33,729 bases of DNA, taken from positions 1 through 33,729 of the forward strand of contig CBDURB010000001.1 in NCBI GenBank assembly GCA_965369585.1. The letters are read 5' to 3'. Under the pieces are notes generated by a model, which was not told the DNA's origin, did no database searches, and was given only the letters and a program-made list of their open reading frames with translations. The translations under genes were made by a program, and so were the position numbers. The DNA is from an uncultured bacterium (GTDB lineage: Bacteria > Chloroflexota > Dehalococcoidia > SM23-28-2 > RBG-16-64-32). The stretch's first letter is position 1. Each line of letters opens with the position of its first letter. Below are positions 6,788 through 14,803 of the stretch, piece by piece.

Positions 6788-7191
6788 GCCGCCTAGACAT
6801 ACTGAAGGTGGGGCCCACAGCTCTCGTGACCGAGGAGTGTTGCGCCTGTGGCGTGACCTTCGCGCTCCCCGAGAGTCTACGGGACAACCTCTACGCCAAG
6901 AGACGGGGGGCGACCTTTTACTGTCCCAACGGGCACGGTCAGTCCTACACCGGTAAGCCTGATGCTGAGAAGCTAGCTGAGGCTGAACGCAGAAATCTTT
7001 CGCTTCGGCAGCAGTTGGACCAGGTCGAGGCGGACGCCGCTCGCAAGGGGAAGCAGTTGGCATCGCTCAGGAAGCGAGTGAAGAATGGCGTATGCCCTCG
7101 CTGCCGGCGCCACTTCATGAACGTCCAGCGCCACATATCCAACAAGCACCCGGACTTCGCCGCGTCGCAGTCGGGAGAAAAGGCGACATGA
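6784..7191 (+). CDS. zinc-finger / coiled-coil protein, function unknown
   Basis: ATG 6784 after AAAGGAGG. CCACG...CPNGH, then a coiled coil, then CPRCRRHF...HISNKHP. The C-terminus ...ASQSGEKAT is junction-cassette copy 1. Confidence 0.65.
   Translation: MSRLDILKVGPTALVTEECCACGVTFALPESLRDNLYAKRRGATFYCPNGHGQSYTGKPDAEKLAEAERRNLSLRQQLDQVEADAARKGKQLASLRKRVKNGVCPRCRRHFMNVQRHISNKHPDFAASQSGEKAT
7164..7187 (+). repeat. junction cassette copy 1: GTCGC-agtcgggagaaaag-GCGAC
   Basis: Both arms exact, N14 loop. Read as ...ASQSGEKAT* (tail of 6784..7191). GCGACATGA creates the ATGA overlap with start 7188. Confidence 0.8.
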
Positions 7192-7520
7192 CCTGCGGGA
7201 AAGAGACCTATCGGCAGGTCTGGCTTGTCCGCTGTAAGGAGCGCGAATGGACGGTTCCTGCTAGTTGTCAGATCGAGGCGTGGGACGCCACAGTGGGCCA
7301 GCTATCGGAAGATGAGCTTTTCGACGCTTTGGGATTGATAGTCAGGGCGAGACCTGTAGAGGCAGAGGAAGACAGTGATATAGCGGTTCATGCGGTCGGC
7401 CTCGCCATCCGTTATGGCCACGACAATTTGGCTATTGCCGCCGAGGCGGCAGGGCTGCGTATAGGGATGCCATCGGTGAGACAGATTTATGAGGACAGAG
7501 GCGATGACTGGATTCGCTAG
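7188..7520 (+). CDS. hypothetical protein
   Basis: ATGA overlap. Trimmed from the 7092 ORF to MTCGKETYRQ... Confidence 0.6.
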   Translation: MTCGKETYRQVWLVRCKEREWTVPASCQIEAWDATVGQLSEDELFDALGLIVRARPVEAEEDSDIAVHAVGLAIRYGHDNLAIAAEAAGLRIGMPSVRQIYEDRGDDWIR

Positions 7521-7554
7521 CCCTGCGTCGCTCTCCACGGGAAAGGCGACGTAG
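7504..7554 (+). other. candidate relay mini-ORF MTGFASPASLSTGKAT*
   Basis: ATG 7504 lies in the +1 frame inside the end of 7188..7520. It reads through cassette copy 2 and stops at TAG 7552-7554, 2 nt before ATG 7557. Confidence 0.25.
7527..7550 (+). repeat. junction cassette copy 2: GTCGC-tctccacgggaaag-GCGAC
   Basis: Both arms exact, N14 loop. Intergenic, 6 nt upstream of ATG 7557. Confidence 0.8.
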
Positions 7555-7556
7555 CG

Positions 7557-8003
7557 ATGCAGATCATCTCGGCCTACGCCCCACCGACGTTCACGAAACC
7601 GGTGTTCGTGTGGGTATCCTGCCAGTGCGACGACACATGTGTAGAGGTCAACGGAGACATGGCCGAGGGGGCGCATATGATCGGCTGCTTCATCGACGCC
7701 CTGAATGTCGATCACGCGATGGAGACCGCTGGCTATGCCGTTAGTGAAGCACACGGCTCCGGCCACTGGTTCGAGATCGGGCGCTTCCCGAGCTGGTACG
7801 CCGCGATCGAGGTTCATCTCGCCATGGTGAAGGACATGCAGAACGGACGGGGGCAGGAGGCTTGGGAGGCTGGTTACGATCCGTACCTCAAGTTCTACAG
7901 CCAGTTCAAGGACGCTCCGGCCTACGACACCGTGGAGGATCGTGACCGCTTGAAGGCTGCGGCATCGCAGAAGACAGGAAAGGCGACGCGAGATGAAGGA
8001 TAG
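7557..8003 (+). CDS. hypothetical protein
   Basis: 148-aa ORF. The tail ...AASQKTGKATRDEG* contains cassette copy 3. Confidence 0.65.
   Translation: MQIISAYAPPTFTKPVFVWVSCQCDDTCVEVNGDMAEGAHMIGCFIDALNVDHAMETAGYAVSEAHGSGHWFEIGRFPSWYAAIEVHLAMVKDMQNGRGQEAWEAGYDPYLKFYSQFKDAPAYDTVEDRDRLKAAASQKTGKATRDEG
7964..7987 (+). repeat. junction cassette copy 3: ATCGC-agaagacaggaaag-GCGAC
   Basis: One mismatch in the 5' arm, N14 loop. 5 nt upstream of ATG 7993. Confidence 0.7.
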
Positions 8004-8181
8004 GGTCTATATCGGATTTGTTGACGGCAAGCCCCTCCGTGAGCCATACGACCCGTATGGCGTGAGGATGATACCAGTGTTCACTTCGCGGCGAGCCGCC
8101 CGTAAGTGCTTTCAGGATGTGCGAACCTTCATCCTCGTTGCGGAGAAGTCGCAGAAGGACAGAAAGGCGACAGGAGGATAG
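7993..8181 (+). CDS. hypothetical small protein
   Basis: 62 aa, 11-nt overlap with the upstream gene. The tail ...KSQKDRKATGG* contains cassette copy 4. Confidence 0.55.
   Translation: MKDRVYIGFVDGKPLREPYDPYGVRMIPVFTSRRAARKCFQDVRTFILVAEKSQKDRKATGG
8148..8171 (+). repeat. junction cassette copy 4: GTCGC-agaaggacagaaag-GCGAC
   Basis: Both arms exact, N14 loop. Followed by AGGAGG and ATG 8184. Confidence 0.8.
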
Positions 8182-8183
8182 AT

Positions 8184-8672
8184 ATGATCACAGTAATTCT
8201 CGTCACGGCAATCCTGCTGGCGATGCTCATGGTAGGGATCGCTCTTGCGGTGCGCTACCAAAGCGATTCCGCGCCGAACGTCATCGGGACGATCATGATC
8301 ATCATTGGGGCGCTTGGCCTATTCATTTGGGTTTTCATGTCCGCCCTCATTTACTTCAACAGCTTCGCCAGAGCTAGGGAACTGGAGGCTTTCTACCACG
8401 ACACGCGGTCTGCCTACGAGTACACGATCTCAGCTACCGAGGGGGTGGTGATAGACCCCTCACGCACCAGAGGTGACGCCATCACAGACCTCGCCTATCA
8501 GGAACAGGGTCAGGCTGTCAGCGAGCGCATCCGCGAGTTCCGCAACAAGATCACGTGGTACAACGAGGAACTCCGAAAGCTCCAGGGCAGGAACGAATGG
8601 TTCCTCCTCGGAGCACTCTACGAAGATGCCCCGGGGGATCTCAAGCCCATCCGCCTCGGGGGAGTGCCGTAA
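8184..8672 (+). CDS. two-TM membrane protein with cytoplasmic coiled-coil-like C-terminal domain
   Basis: Trimmed to ATG 8184 (MITVILVTAILLAMLMVGIALAV...IMIIIGALGLFIWVFMSALIYF). SD AGGAGG at 8172-8177. Confidence 0.65.
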   Translation: MITVILVTAILLAMLMVGIALAVRYQSDSAPNVIGTIMIIIGALGLFIWVFMSALIYFNSFARARELEAFYHDTRSAYEYTISATEGVVIDPSRTRGDAITDLAYQEQGQAVSERIREFRNKITWYNEELRKLQGRNEWFLLGALYEDAPGDLKPIRLGGVP

Positions 8673-8673
8673 C

Positions 8674-8697
8674 GTCGGCAATGGATACAAAGGCGAC
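8674..8697 (+). repeat. junction cassette copy 5: GTCGG-caatggatacaaag-GCGAC
   Basis: One mismatch, N14 loop. The alternative pairing ACGTCG/CGACGT gives 6 bp. Intergenic. Confidence 0.7.
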
Positions 8698-8701
8698 GTA
8701 A
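8681..8701 (+). other. candidate relay mini-ORF MDTKAT*
   Basis: ATG 8681 lies 8 nt after stop 8672. Its stop TAA 8699-8701 overlaps ATG 8701 (TAATG). Confidence 0.3.
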
Positions 8702-9090
8702 TGAAGGCCCTGACTCTGACTCAGCCGTGGGCGACACTCGTTGCGCTTGGCTACAAGCGGGTTGAAACGCGGTCATGGAAGACGCAGTACCGAGGACCGC
8801 TAGCGATTCATGCGGCAAAGGGCTACCCGGCGTCGGCGCGTCGGTTCGCCGAGCACTTCGGTGGCCTTGCGCGTACCCCGCGTGGCGCCATTGTCTGCAC
8901 CATCGACCTAGTGGACTGCCAGCTAACGGAAGAAGCCGCCCTGAGAATATCGGATTTGGAACTCCATTTGGGGGACTACACACCCGGCCGGTGGGCGTGG
9001 TTGTTCGACTCCGCATCGCTCCGCCTCCTACCGGACCCGATACCGGCGAAGGGCGCACTGGGGCTCTGGGAGTGGGAGCGCGGGCAATGA
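8701..9090 (+). CDS. ASCH-domain protein
   Basis: MKALTLTQPWATLVALGYKRVETRSW... is the typical ASCH N-terminus, and the ~130-aa size fits. Confidence 0.7.
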   Translation: MKALTLTQPWATLVALGYKRVETRSWKTQYRGPLAIHAAKGYPASARRFAEHFGGLARTPRGAIVCTIDLVDCQLTEEAALRISDLELHLGDYTPGRWAWLFDSASLRLLPDPIPAKGALGLWEWERGQ

Positions 9091-9239
9091 CTTCGCAGAC
9101 CTCGGCAAAGGCCAGAAGCTGGCCACCTAAGCGGTGGCCCTGCCCGTCCTGTGGCAGCACCTACGTTGCTGTCAGCCCGGATGGCGACCTCTGGCGTCAT
9201 CGCTGTACCCGCTGCGGCATCAGATGGAGCGCGTCATGA
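9087..9239 (+). CDS. small zinc-ribbon protein
   Basis: ATGA overlap. 50 aa with CPSCG...CTRCG. The N-terminus MTSQTSAKAR is a degenerate cassette copy. Confidence 0.55.
   Translation: MTSQTSAKARSWPPKRWPCPSCGSTYVAVSPDGDLWRHRCTRCGIRWSAS
9092..9115 (+). repeat. degenerate junction cassette copy: TTCGC-agacctcggcaaag-GCCAG
   Basis: Shares TCGCAGACC with copy 8. Keeps the N14 spacing, the AAAG and the reading frame. The 3' arm has decayed (3/5). Confidence 0.4.
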
Positions 9240-9514
9240 CGGTCTACGTTGACGAACTCCGCCGGACACAACGGTCGAAGGCATGGCACTACGGCGAGGC
9301 CTGTCATCTCGTCGCCGACGGCCTGGAGGAGCTACACGCCTTCGCGCGGCGACTCCGGCTGAAGCACCATTGGTTCCAGGATGGGAGGTTCCCTCACTAC
9401 GACCTGACGAAGCATAGGCGGCGCGTAGCCCTGACCCTGGGTGCGGAGGAGATCACGGCCCGCGAGTGGATTCGGCGGGCCCGGTCGCCCATGACAGAAT
9501 CGAAGGCGACATGA
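9236..9514 (+). CDS. DUF4031-family protein
   Basis: MTVYVDELRR...CHLVADGLEELHAFARRLRLKHHWFQDGRFPHYDLT matches the DUF4031 signature. ATGA overlaps at both ends. The tail ...RSPMTESKAT* is cassette copy 6. Confidence 0.7.
   Translation: MTVYVDELRRTQRSKAWHYGEACHLVADGLEELHAFARRLRLKHHWFQDGRFPHYDLTKHRRRVALTLGAEEITAREWIRRARSPMTESKAT
9484..9510 (+). repeat. junction cassette copy 6: GTCGC-N17-GCGAC (GTCGCC/GGCGAC 6-bp arms)
   Basis: Arms exact but the spacing is 17 nt. GCGACATGA gives the ATGA overlap with start 9511. Confidence 0.65.
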
Positions 9515-9699
9515 ACGAGCGCTGCGCCTGCCGCTGCAGCTGCGGAGACTACCGCGCCCGCGGTTGCAGCGACCTCTGCGCGGACTGCTGGCGCCTGTGG
9601 TGCCTAGCCGAGGGTGGGCACGGTCCCGGCGCCATCCTCGACCCTGCCGTGGTGGAGGCCGAGACGCCGCAGCTGGCGCTGCCGATGGAGGCGACATGA
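9511..9699 (+). CDS. Cys-rich small protein
   Basis: MNERCACRCSCGDYRARGCSDLCADCWRLWC... Ends ...MEAT* with GGCGACATGA, i.e. the cassette 3' half only. Confidence 0.5.
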   Translation: MNERCACRCSCGDYRARGCSDLCADCWRLWCLAEGGHGPGAILDPAVVEAETPQLALPMEAT

Positions 9700-9860
9700 G
9701 ATACATCGTGCTCGAAATCATCCTGTTGTTCGCGTTGCCAGCGATCGTCATTTGGCTCGGCGTAATCATGTTCAACGTGGCTGACATGGCTGACGACCTG
9801 CGGACGGTTGTGGACTTCATCGAAGCCTCACCTACGCCGAGCCCGGGTGGTGGCCGATGA
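9696..9860 (+). CDS. small single-TM membrane protein
   Basis: ATGA overlaps at both ends. MRYIVLEIILLFALPAIVIWLGVIMF... Confidence 0.5.
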   Translation: MRYIVLEIILLFALPAIVIWLGVIMFNVADMADDLRTVVDFIEASPTPSPGGGR

Positions 9861-10390
9861 GTTCGCCTACCCCCACAAAGGCGACGGGCGCGCCGACAGC
9901 TGCCGACATGCTGGCTGCCGTGCGAGAGACTCACCACAATCTCTCCTACCGCGAGTCGTGGGCGTTCTTCGATGAGTTGAGGGTCGGGACCGGCTTTGGG
10001 CGTGACAGTCAACAGAGCATCGACGCCTTCGCTATTGCGCTCTGGCCGAGTCACCACTGGGCCAGTCACGCCTACGAGATCAAGACGAGTAGAGCGGACT
10101 TCACGAGGGAGCTGCGCCAACCGTTAAAACGCCGTCCCGCTCTCCGCTACTCGAACATGTACTGGTTCGTGACCCCAGAGGGCATGGTGAAGCCGGAGGA
10201 GACCCCCATTGAGGCCGGCCTTATCGAGGTGACCTGGCGGGGGGGAGGCTTCCCGCGCCGGGAGGACTGGTTCACCAACATCGTCGTCTCAGCGCCCTGG
10301 CGTGACATACCGCCGCCGACTTGGAATCTGTTCGCCTCAGTTGCCCGCCGGGTGGCCCGGCTCGAGAACGGTAAGGGGAGCGAAGTCTAA
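9857..10390 (+). CDS. MmcB-like PD-(D/E)XK-fold protein (putative nuclease)
   Basis: AYEIKTSRADFTRELRQPLKRRPALRYSNMYWFVTPEG resembles the E-x-K..SR.DF...K....fyfv.P pattern of the MmcB family. The N-terminus MSSPTPTKAT is cassette copy 7. Confidence 0.55.
   Translation: MSSPTPTKATGAPTAADMLAAVRETHHNLSYRESWAFFDELRVGTGFGRDSQQSIDAFAIALWPSHHWASHAYEIKTSRADFTRELRQPLKRRPALRYSNMYWFVTPEGMVKPEETPIEAGLIEVTWRGGGFPRREDWFTNIVVSAPWRDIPPPTWNLFASVARRVARLENGKGSEV
9862..9885 (+). repeat. junction cassette copy 7: TTCGC-ctacccccacaaag-GCGAC
   Basis: One mismatch, N14 loop. Lies just inside the 5' end of gene 9857. Confidence 0.65.
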
Positions 10391-11052
10391 TGTCGCAGAC
10401 CGCACAAAAGGCGACGCCGCTCCTGCTGGACCTGTTCTGCGGCGCCGGCGGCGCGGCGATGGGCTACCACCGCGCGGGCTTCGACATCGTCGGCGTGGAC
10501 ATAGAGCCCCAGCCGCGTTACCCGTTCGAGTTCGTGCGGGCCGACGCGCTGACGTTCGCGCTGGACGGCTTCGATGCGATCCACGCGAGCCCACCGTGTC
10601 AGAAATGGCTGTCGTTGACTAAGGCTCCCTGGATGCCTGTCGCTCAACAGCAGCGGCAATACCCGGACTTCTTGACCCCGACCATTAAGCGCCTCGAGGA
10701 GCTGGGGACGCCGTGGGTGTGTGAGAATGTGCCCACGTCGCCGATCCGGCCGGTCCTGGTTCTGTGCGGGTCATCCTTCGAGCTGAAGGTGCGCCGGCAC
10801 CGTCACTTTGCGTCCAACATTCTGCTGTCCAGCTTGGTATGCAGGCACCGGGAACAGGGTCCACCTTTGGGCGTATACGGGAACAGCGGCCCAAAGAACC
10901 CGGGTGGCCGCGGTCGCCGCTACAAGAACCGTGCCGAGGCATCCACAGCGATGGGCGGACTCGACTGGATGACGCTTGTGGAGATGAAACAGGCCATCCC
11001 GCCGGCCTACACGGAATACATCGGGCGGCAACTCATGGCGGTGCTTTCGTAA
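10390..11052 (+). CDS. DNA (cytosine-5)-methyltransferase (short form)
   Basis: Motif I DLFCGAGG, motif IV HASPPCQ, motif VI CENVP. TAATG overlap. The N-terminus MSQTAQKAT is cassette copy 8. Confidence 0.8.
   Translation: MSQTAQKATPLLLDLFCGAGGAAMGYHRAGFDIVGVDIEPQPRYPFEFVRADALTFALDGFDAIHASPPCQKWLSLTKAPWMPVAQQQRQYPDFLTPTIKRLEELGTPWVCENVPTSPIRPVLVLCGSSFELKVRRHRHFASNILLSSLVCRHREQGPPLGVYGNSGPKNPGGRGRRYKNRAEASTAMGGLDWMTLVEMKQAIPPAYTEYIGRQLMAVLS
10392..10415 (+). repeat. junction cassette copy 8: GTCGC-agaccgcacaaaag-GCGAC
   Basis: Both arms exact, N14 loop. TAATGTCGC: the G of the start codon is the first base of the 5' arm. Confidence 0.8.
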
Positions 11053-11084
11053 TGTCGCCCTCCATGCAAAAGGCGATGCCGTGA
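11052..11084 (+). other. candidate relay mini-ORF MSPSMQKAMP*
   Basis: ATG 11052 overlaps the upstream TAA 11050-11052 (TAATG). Its stop TGA 11082-11084 overlaps GTG 11081 (GTGA). Spans cassette copy 9. Confidence 0.35.
11054..11077 (+). repeat. junction cassette copy 9: GTCGC-cctccatgcaaaag-GCGAT
   Basis: The 3' arm ends in T (a G-U pair if RNA). N14 loop. Intergenic between the two methylase genes. Confidence 0.7.
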
Positions 11085-12367
11085 CGGTCGAGATCATCTG
11101 CGCCGACGCCCGCGACGCCCTAGCCGCGATGCCGGACGGCAGCGTCCACGCCTGCATCACGAGCCCGCCGTACTGGGGGCTGCGGGACTACGGCATCGAG
11201 CCGGTTGTCTGGGGCGATGAGGACTGCGAGCACGAGTGGGGCGAGCCGATGGTGGGTGACACTCGGGACGACAACTTCAAGGACTGGACGAACCTAATGC
11301 GGGCCGGGGAAGCGCCGCCCGAGGCACCACATGTTAAGCGATCGCAGGGCGCCTTCTGTCGCCGCTGCAACGCCTGGCGCGGCTCGCTGGGCCTGGAGCC
11401 GACGCCGGAGCTGTACGTGGAGCACGTCGTCCAGGTGATGCGCGAGGTGCGGCGGGTGCTACGGGACGATGGCACGCTGTGGCTGAACCTGGGGGATAGC
11501 TACGCCGCCAGCCGATCCGGCCCGATCGGTGAGAACAGCACGCTCAACGGCAGCCGGCACGCCCCGGCAGAGAGCCGGCGGGCGAAGGAATCTGCTGGCC
11601 GGCCGAACTCGCGCTGGCGTTTCGAGCCGTGGGGCCTCAAGCCCAAGGACCTCTGCGGGATGCCCTGGCGAGTGGCCTTCGCGCTACAGGCGGACGGCTG
11701 GTGGCTGCGGTCGGACATCGTGTGGTCGAAGCCCAACCCCATGCCGGAGTCGGTGACGGACAGGCCGACGCGGAGCCACGAGTACGTCTTCCTGCTCTCG
11801 AAGTCGGCGCGCTACTACTACGACCAGGACGCGATTCGGGAGCCGGCCGCCAGCGGGCCGAGTGACATCAGGAAGATGCTGGAGTCAAAGGAGCGTATCG
11901 GCGGTCGCTACAAGGACGCCGAGGACCCGCTGATGAAGGCTTCGGGCAAGACGAACATCGGGCGCAAGCGAGCGGTCGGCGGGAAGCCGTATCGGAGCGG
12001 CAATAAGGCGCGCAAGGACCGCCACGATCACGGCGGGAACCCCGATCACGATGGACACCAAGCGTTCGGCGTGCCGTGGGAGGACAATGGCCTCGGCCGC
12101 AACCGCCGCTCCGTGTGGGAGATAGCGACGCAGCCGTATCCCGGCGCCCACTTCGCCGTCTTCCCTGAGAAGCTGGTGGAGCCCTGCATCCTGGCGGGCT
12201 GTCCAGAGGGCGGGACGGTCCTGGACCCGTTCGCCGGCAGCGGCACGGTCGGGCTCGTGGCGGAACGGTTGGGCCGGCACTCGGCCCTGATCGACGCCAG
12301 CGAGGACTACTGCCGCATGGCGCGGGAGCGCACGGCCCAGATGGGGCTCATGGAGGCCGCACGGTGA
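11081..12367 (+). CDS. DNA methyltransferase, N4-cytosine/N6-adenine type (PF01555-like, beta class)
   Basis: ITSPPYWGLRDY catalytic (S/D)PPY motif near the N-terminus. C-terminal VLDPFAGSGTVG AdoMet motif. GTG start. Confidence 0.85.
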   Translation: MTVEIICADARDALAAMPDGSVHACITSPPYWGLRDYGIEPVVWGDEDCEHEWGEPMVGDTRDDNFKDWTNLMRAGEAPPEAPHVKRSQGAFCRRCNAWRGSLGLEPTPELYVEHVVQVMREVRRVLRDDGTLWLNLGDSYAASRSGPIGENSTLNGSRHAPAESRRAKESAGRPNSRWRFEPWGLKPKDLCGMPWRVAFALQADGWWLRSDIVWSKPNPMPESVTDRPTRSHEYVFLLSKSARYYYDQDAIREPAASGPSDIRKMLESKERIGGRYKDAEDPLMKASGKTNIGRKRAVGGKPYRSGNKARKDRHDHGGNPDHDGHQAFGVPWEDNGLGRNRRSVWEIATQPYPGAHFAVFPEKLVEPCILAGCPEGGTVLDPFAGSGTVGLVAERLGRHSALIDASEDYCRMARERTAQMGLMEAAR

Positions 12368-12371
12368 AAAC

Positions 12372-12395
12372 GTCGCCTTGTCATGCAACTGCGAT
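12372..12395 (+). repeat. junction cassette copy 10: GTCGC-cttgtcatgcaact-GCGAT
   Basis: N14 loop. Shares GTCGCCTT and CAACTGCGATGGGG with copy 11. The ATG inside GCGATG (12394) is the ATP-grasp start. Confidence 0.7.
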
Positions 12396-13095
12396 GGGGA
12401 AGAGGAACCCGAACAGCTTGCTCTACTGGCTGCCGGCAGTTCAAGAGGCGGGAGTATCGATGCCCCGAACCGAATGCGTCGAGGTCGGGTTGGAGCACTT
12501 CGAGCGATGGCAGAATCACGAGGCACCCCTACCGAAGCCTGAGCGGTTCACGCAGGCGGCGGAGCGAATCGGCTACCCGCTGTTTCTCCGCACCGATCTG
12601 GCGTCTGCAAAGCACCACTGGCTCGATTCCTGCTATGTGGAGAGCCCGGATAACCTACTGCGGCACATCTGGGAGGTAGTCGAGTTCAACTTCATGGTGA
12701 ACATCATAGGGCTGCCTTGCGAGGCGCTGGTGTTCCGTGAGTACGTCCCCTTGGAGTCATCGTTCCGGGCGTTCAACGGGATGCCGGTGGCGCGGGAGCG
12801 TCGGTACTTCGTGAGGGGTGGAGTCATGGAGTGCCATCATCCCTACTGGCCCGAGGACGCCATCGCCACCCACGGCTCGCACAAGCCGATGTTGCCGCCG
12901 GACTGGCGGGCGAAGCTACGGGAACTGAACGCCGAGACAGCGGCGGAGGTCGAGCACCTGACACCGTTGGCTCAACGGGTAGGCGGGATCTTGGGAGGCT
13001 CCTGGTCCGTGGACTTCGCTCGGACGACCGCCGGAGAGTGGCTGCTGATTGACATGGCAGTGGCGGAGGAATCTTATCACGAGGTACATCCTTAA
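12394..13095 (+). CDS. ATP-grasp-fold protein (phage R2K-type), substrate unknown
   Basis: MGKRNPNSLLYWLP... and C-terminal ...GGSWSVDFARTTAGEWLLIDMAVAEESYH are typical of phage ATP-grasp proteins. GTG 12364 (GTGA overlap, in frame) would add MKTSPCHATA. Confidence 0.5.
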   Translation: MGKRNPNSLLYWLPAVQEAGVSMPRTECVEVGLEHFERWQNHEAPLPKPERFTQAAERIGYPLFLRTDLASAKHHWLDSCYVESPDNLLRHIWEVVEFNFMVNIIGLPCEALVFREYVPLESSFRAFNGMPVARERRYFVRGGVMECHHPYWPEDAIATHGSHKPMLPPDWRAKLRELNAETAAEVEHLTPLAQRVGGILGGSWSVDFARTTAGEWLLIDMAVAEESYHEVHP

Positions 13096-13133
13096 TGTCG
13101 CCTTCCCGTACAACTGCGATGGGGCCACGATGA
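13095..13133 (+). other. candidate relay mini-ORF MSPSRTTAMGPR*
   Basis: ATG 13095 overlaps TAA 13093-13095 (TAATG). TGA 13131-13133 overlaps ATG 13130 (ATGA). Spans cassette copy 11. Confidence 0.35.
13097..13120 (+). repeat. junction cassette copy 11: GTCGC-cttcccgtacaact-GCGAT
   Basis: N14 loop. Intergenic. Confidence 0.7.
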
Positions 13134-14152
13134 GCGACAAGAGCGCCATCGAGTGGACCGACGCTACCTGGAACCCCGTGACGGGCTGCACGAAGGTCAG
13201 CCCCGGCTGCGCCAACTGCTACATCGAGAGGACGCCGGCGTTCCGCATGACGGGCCAGCGGTTCGAGCGTGGCCGCATCCCCGTCCGGCTGCACCACGAT
13301 CGCCTGGACCAACCCCTTCACTGGCGGGAGCCGCGGCGGGTGTTCGTGGTGTCGATGGGGGATCTGTTCCACGAGGACGTGCCGGACGAGTTCATTGACC
13401 AGGTGTTCGCGGTGATGGCGATATCCCCTCAGCACACGTATCAGGTTCTCACGAAGCGCCCGGAGCGTATGCGGGCCTACATAGCCGCAGGGGAGCGCCC
13501 CGTTCGTTTCCATGATGGCTCACTCAGCCCCAGGCCCGCGAGTACTGCGACGAAGGTTCTCTGGGCTGCTCAGAACGACGGGCACGCGCTCTACAGTGAC
13601 GATATGGAATGGCCGCTCCCGAACGTGTGGCTCGGCGTCTCGGTGGAGAACCAGCGCATGGCCGACGAGCGCATACCGCTGCTGCTGGAGACGCCCGCCG
13701 CCGTGCGGTTTCTGTCCTGCGAGCCGCTGCTGGGGCCGCTGGACCTTGCTCGGTACATGACGCCAAAGCGCGAGCTAGACCGATATGAGGCGGAGGCCGT
13801 CAGCGCCTATGGCGGCAATCCGGCGTGGGGGCGATGGTGGGAACCACCCCTCGACTGGGTGATCGTGGGCGGCGAGAGCGGGCCAGGGCGGGCCGAGCGG
13901 AAGCTGGTGGAGCGGAACACTGATGCTGCTGGCGTTGACGCTAATCAGGCACCGCGTCATCTACCGGTATTGTGGGAACCCAAGTACGAAGCCTTGATGT
14001 GGCTGCGCTCCATCCGCGACCAGTGCCAGGCGGCGGGGGTGCCGTTCTTCTTCAAGCAGTGGGGCGGCCCCAGGCCCACGTCCGGCGGGCGGCTGCTGGA
14101 CGGCCGCGAGTGGAACGAGATGCCGCTACAGCGATCGGCGGTGCTGGCGTGA
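13130..14152 (+). CDS. phage Gp37/Gp68 family protein (DUF5131)
   Basis: Trimmed to ATG 13130. MSDKSAIEWTDATWNPVTGCTKVSPGCANCY is the hallmark N-terminus, and ...WVIVGGESGP... FFFKQWGG is the hallmark C-terminus. Confidence 0.8.
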   Translation: MSDKSAIEWTDATWNPVTGCTKVSPGCANCYIERTPAFRMTGQRFERGRIPVRLHHDRLDQPLHWREPRRVFVVSMGDLFHEDVPDEFIDQVFAVMAISPQHTYQVLTKRPERMRAYIAAGERPVRFHDGSLSPRPASTATKVLWAAQNDGHALYSDDMEWPLPNVWLGVSVENQRMADERIPLLLETPAAVRFLSCEPLLGPLDLARYMTPKRELDRYEAEAVSAYGGNPAWGRWWEPPLDWVIVGGESGPGRAERKLVERNTDAAGVDANQAPRHLPVLWEPKYEALMWLRSIRDQCQAAGVPFFFKQWGGPRPTSGGRLLDGREWNEMPLQRSAVLA

Positions 14153-14484
14153 AGGCGCGCGATCTCCGGCTGCGCGTCACGGAGGAGGATTACCAGCAGC
14201 AGATCGTTGACCTGGCGGGGTTCTACCGCTGGGACCATCGCTACCACACGCACGATAGCCGGCGAAGCGCCGCTGGCTTCCCCGACTTGGTGATGATCCA
14301 CGTCCGCAGCAAGCGGATTATCTTCACAGAAATAAAGGCGATGAAGGGGGAGCTCTCGCTTGATCAGCGGGAATGGTTGTGGGATCTTGCGACGGCCGGC
14401 GCCGAGGTCTACGTGTTCGATCCGGCCAACTGGAATCTGGTCGTAGACGTTCTGAGTGGAACCCATAGGAGCCCCAGCACATGA
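14149..14484 (+). CDS. VRR-NUC domain nuclease
   Basis: GTGA overlap. ...GFPDLVMIH...IFTEIKAMKGELSLDQREW gives the D...ExK...Q motif set of VRR-NUC. Confidence 0.75.
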   Translation: MKARDLRLRVTEEDYQQQIVDLAGFYRWDHRYHTHDSRRSAAGFPDLVMIHVRSKRIIFTEIKAMKGELSLDQREWLWDLATAGAEVYVFDPANWNLVVDVLSGTHRSPST

Positions 14485-14798
14485 GCGATGTAGCAAAGGA
14501 CATCCTGCAACACGTCGAGGACAACAAGGAGGAAATCGAGCGGCAGCTATCGCGTGACGGCCTAGAGGTGACGATCTCAACGAACCTCGGCAGTAGTGGA
14601 AGGAGAGCCCGCGTGAAGAACACCCGCACGACCCTGGATAGCATCAAGGTGAAGCCCGACGAGAAGGGGCCAGTCACCACCATCACCCTCAGGGCCCGCC
14701 TGTCCCGAGAGGAGCTAGCCGATCTCTACGACTTCCTACTGCTAGAGGACGGCGCCCTGGACGTGACCCTCGAGAGCAAGCAAGCGGCCTTCGCGTAG
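14481..14798 (+). CDS. hypothetical protein
   Basis: ATGA overlap. 105-aa acidic protein. Confidence 0.6.
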   Translation: MSDVAKDILQHVEDNKEEIERQLSRDGLEVTISTNLGSSGRRARVKNTRTTLDSIKVKPDEKGPVTTITLRARLSREELADLYDFLLLEDGALDVTLESKQAAFA

Positions 14799-14803
14799 CG
14801 CCA

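Noticed and set aside
14333-14343. Isolated AAAGGCGAT/AAGGCGAC strings inside the VRR-NUC gene (14333) and inside 18949-19332 (about 19192-19202, encoding QSKAT).
   Set aside because: There is no GTCGC arm at N14 and they are not at a cistron boundary. The first encodes the catalytic E-I-K motif. The second could be a fossil junction in a two-domain protein, but that is speculation.
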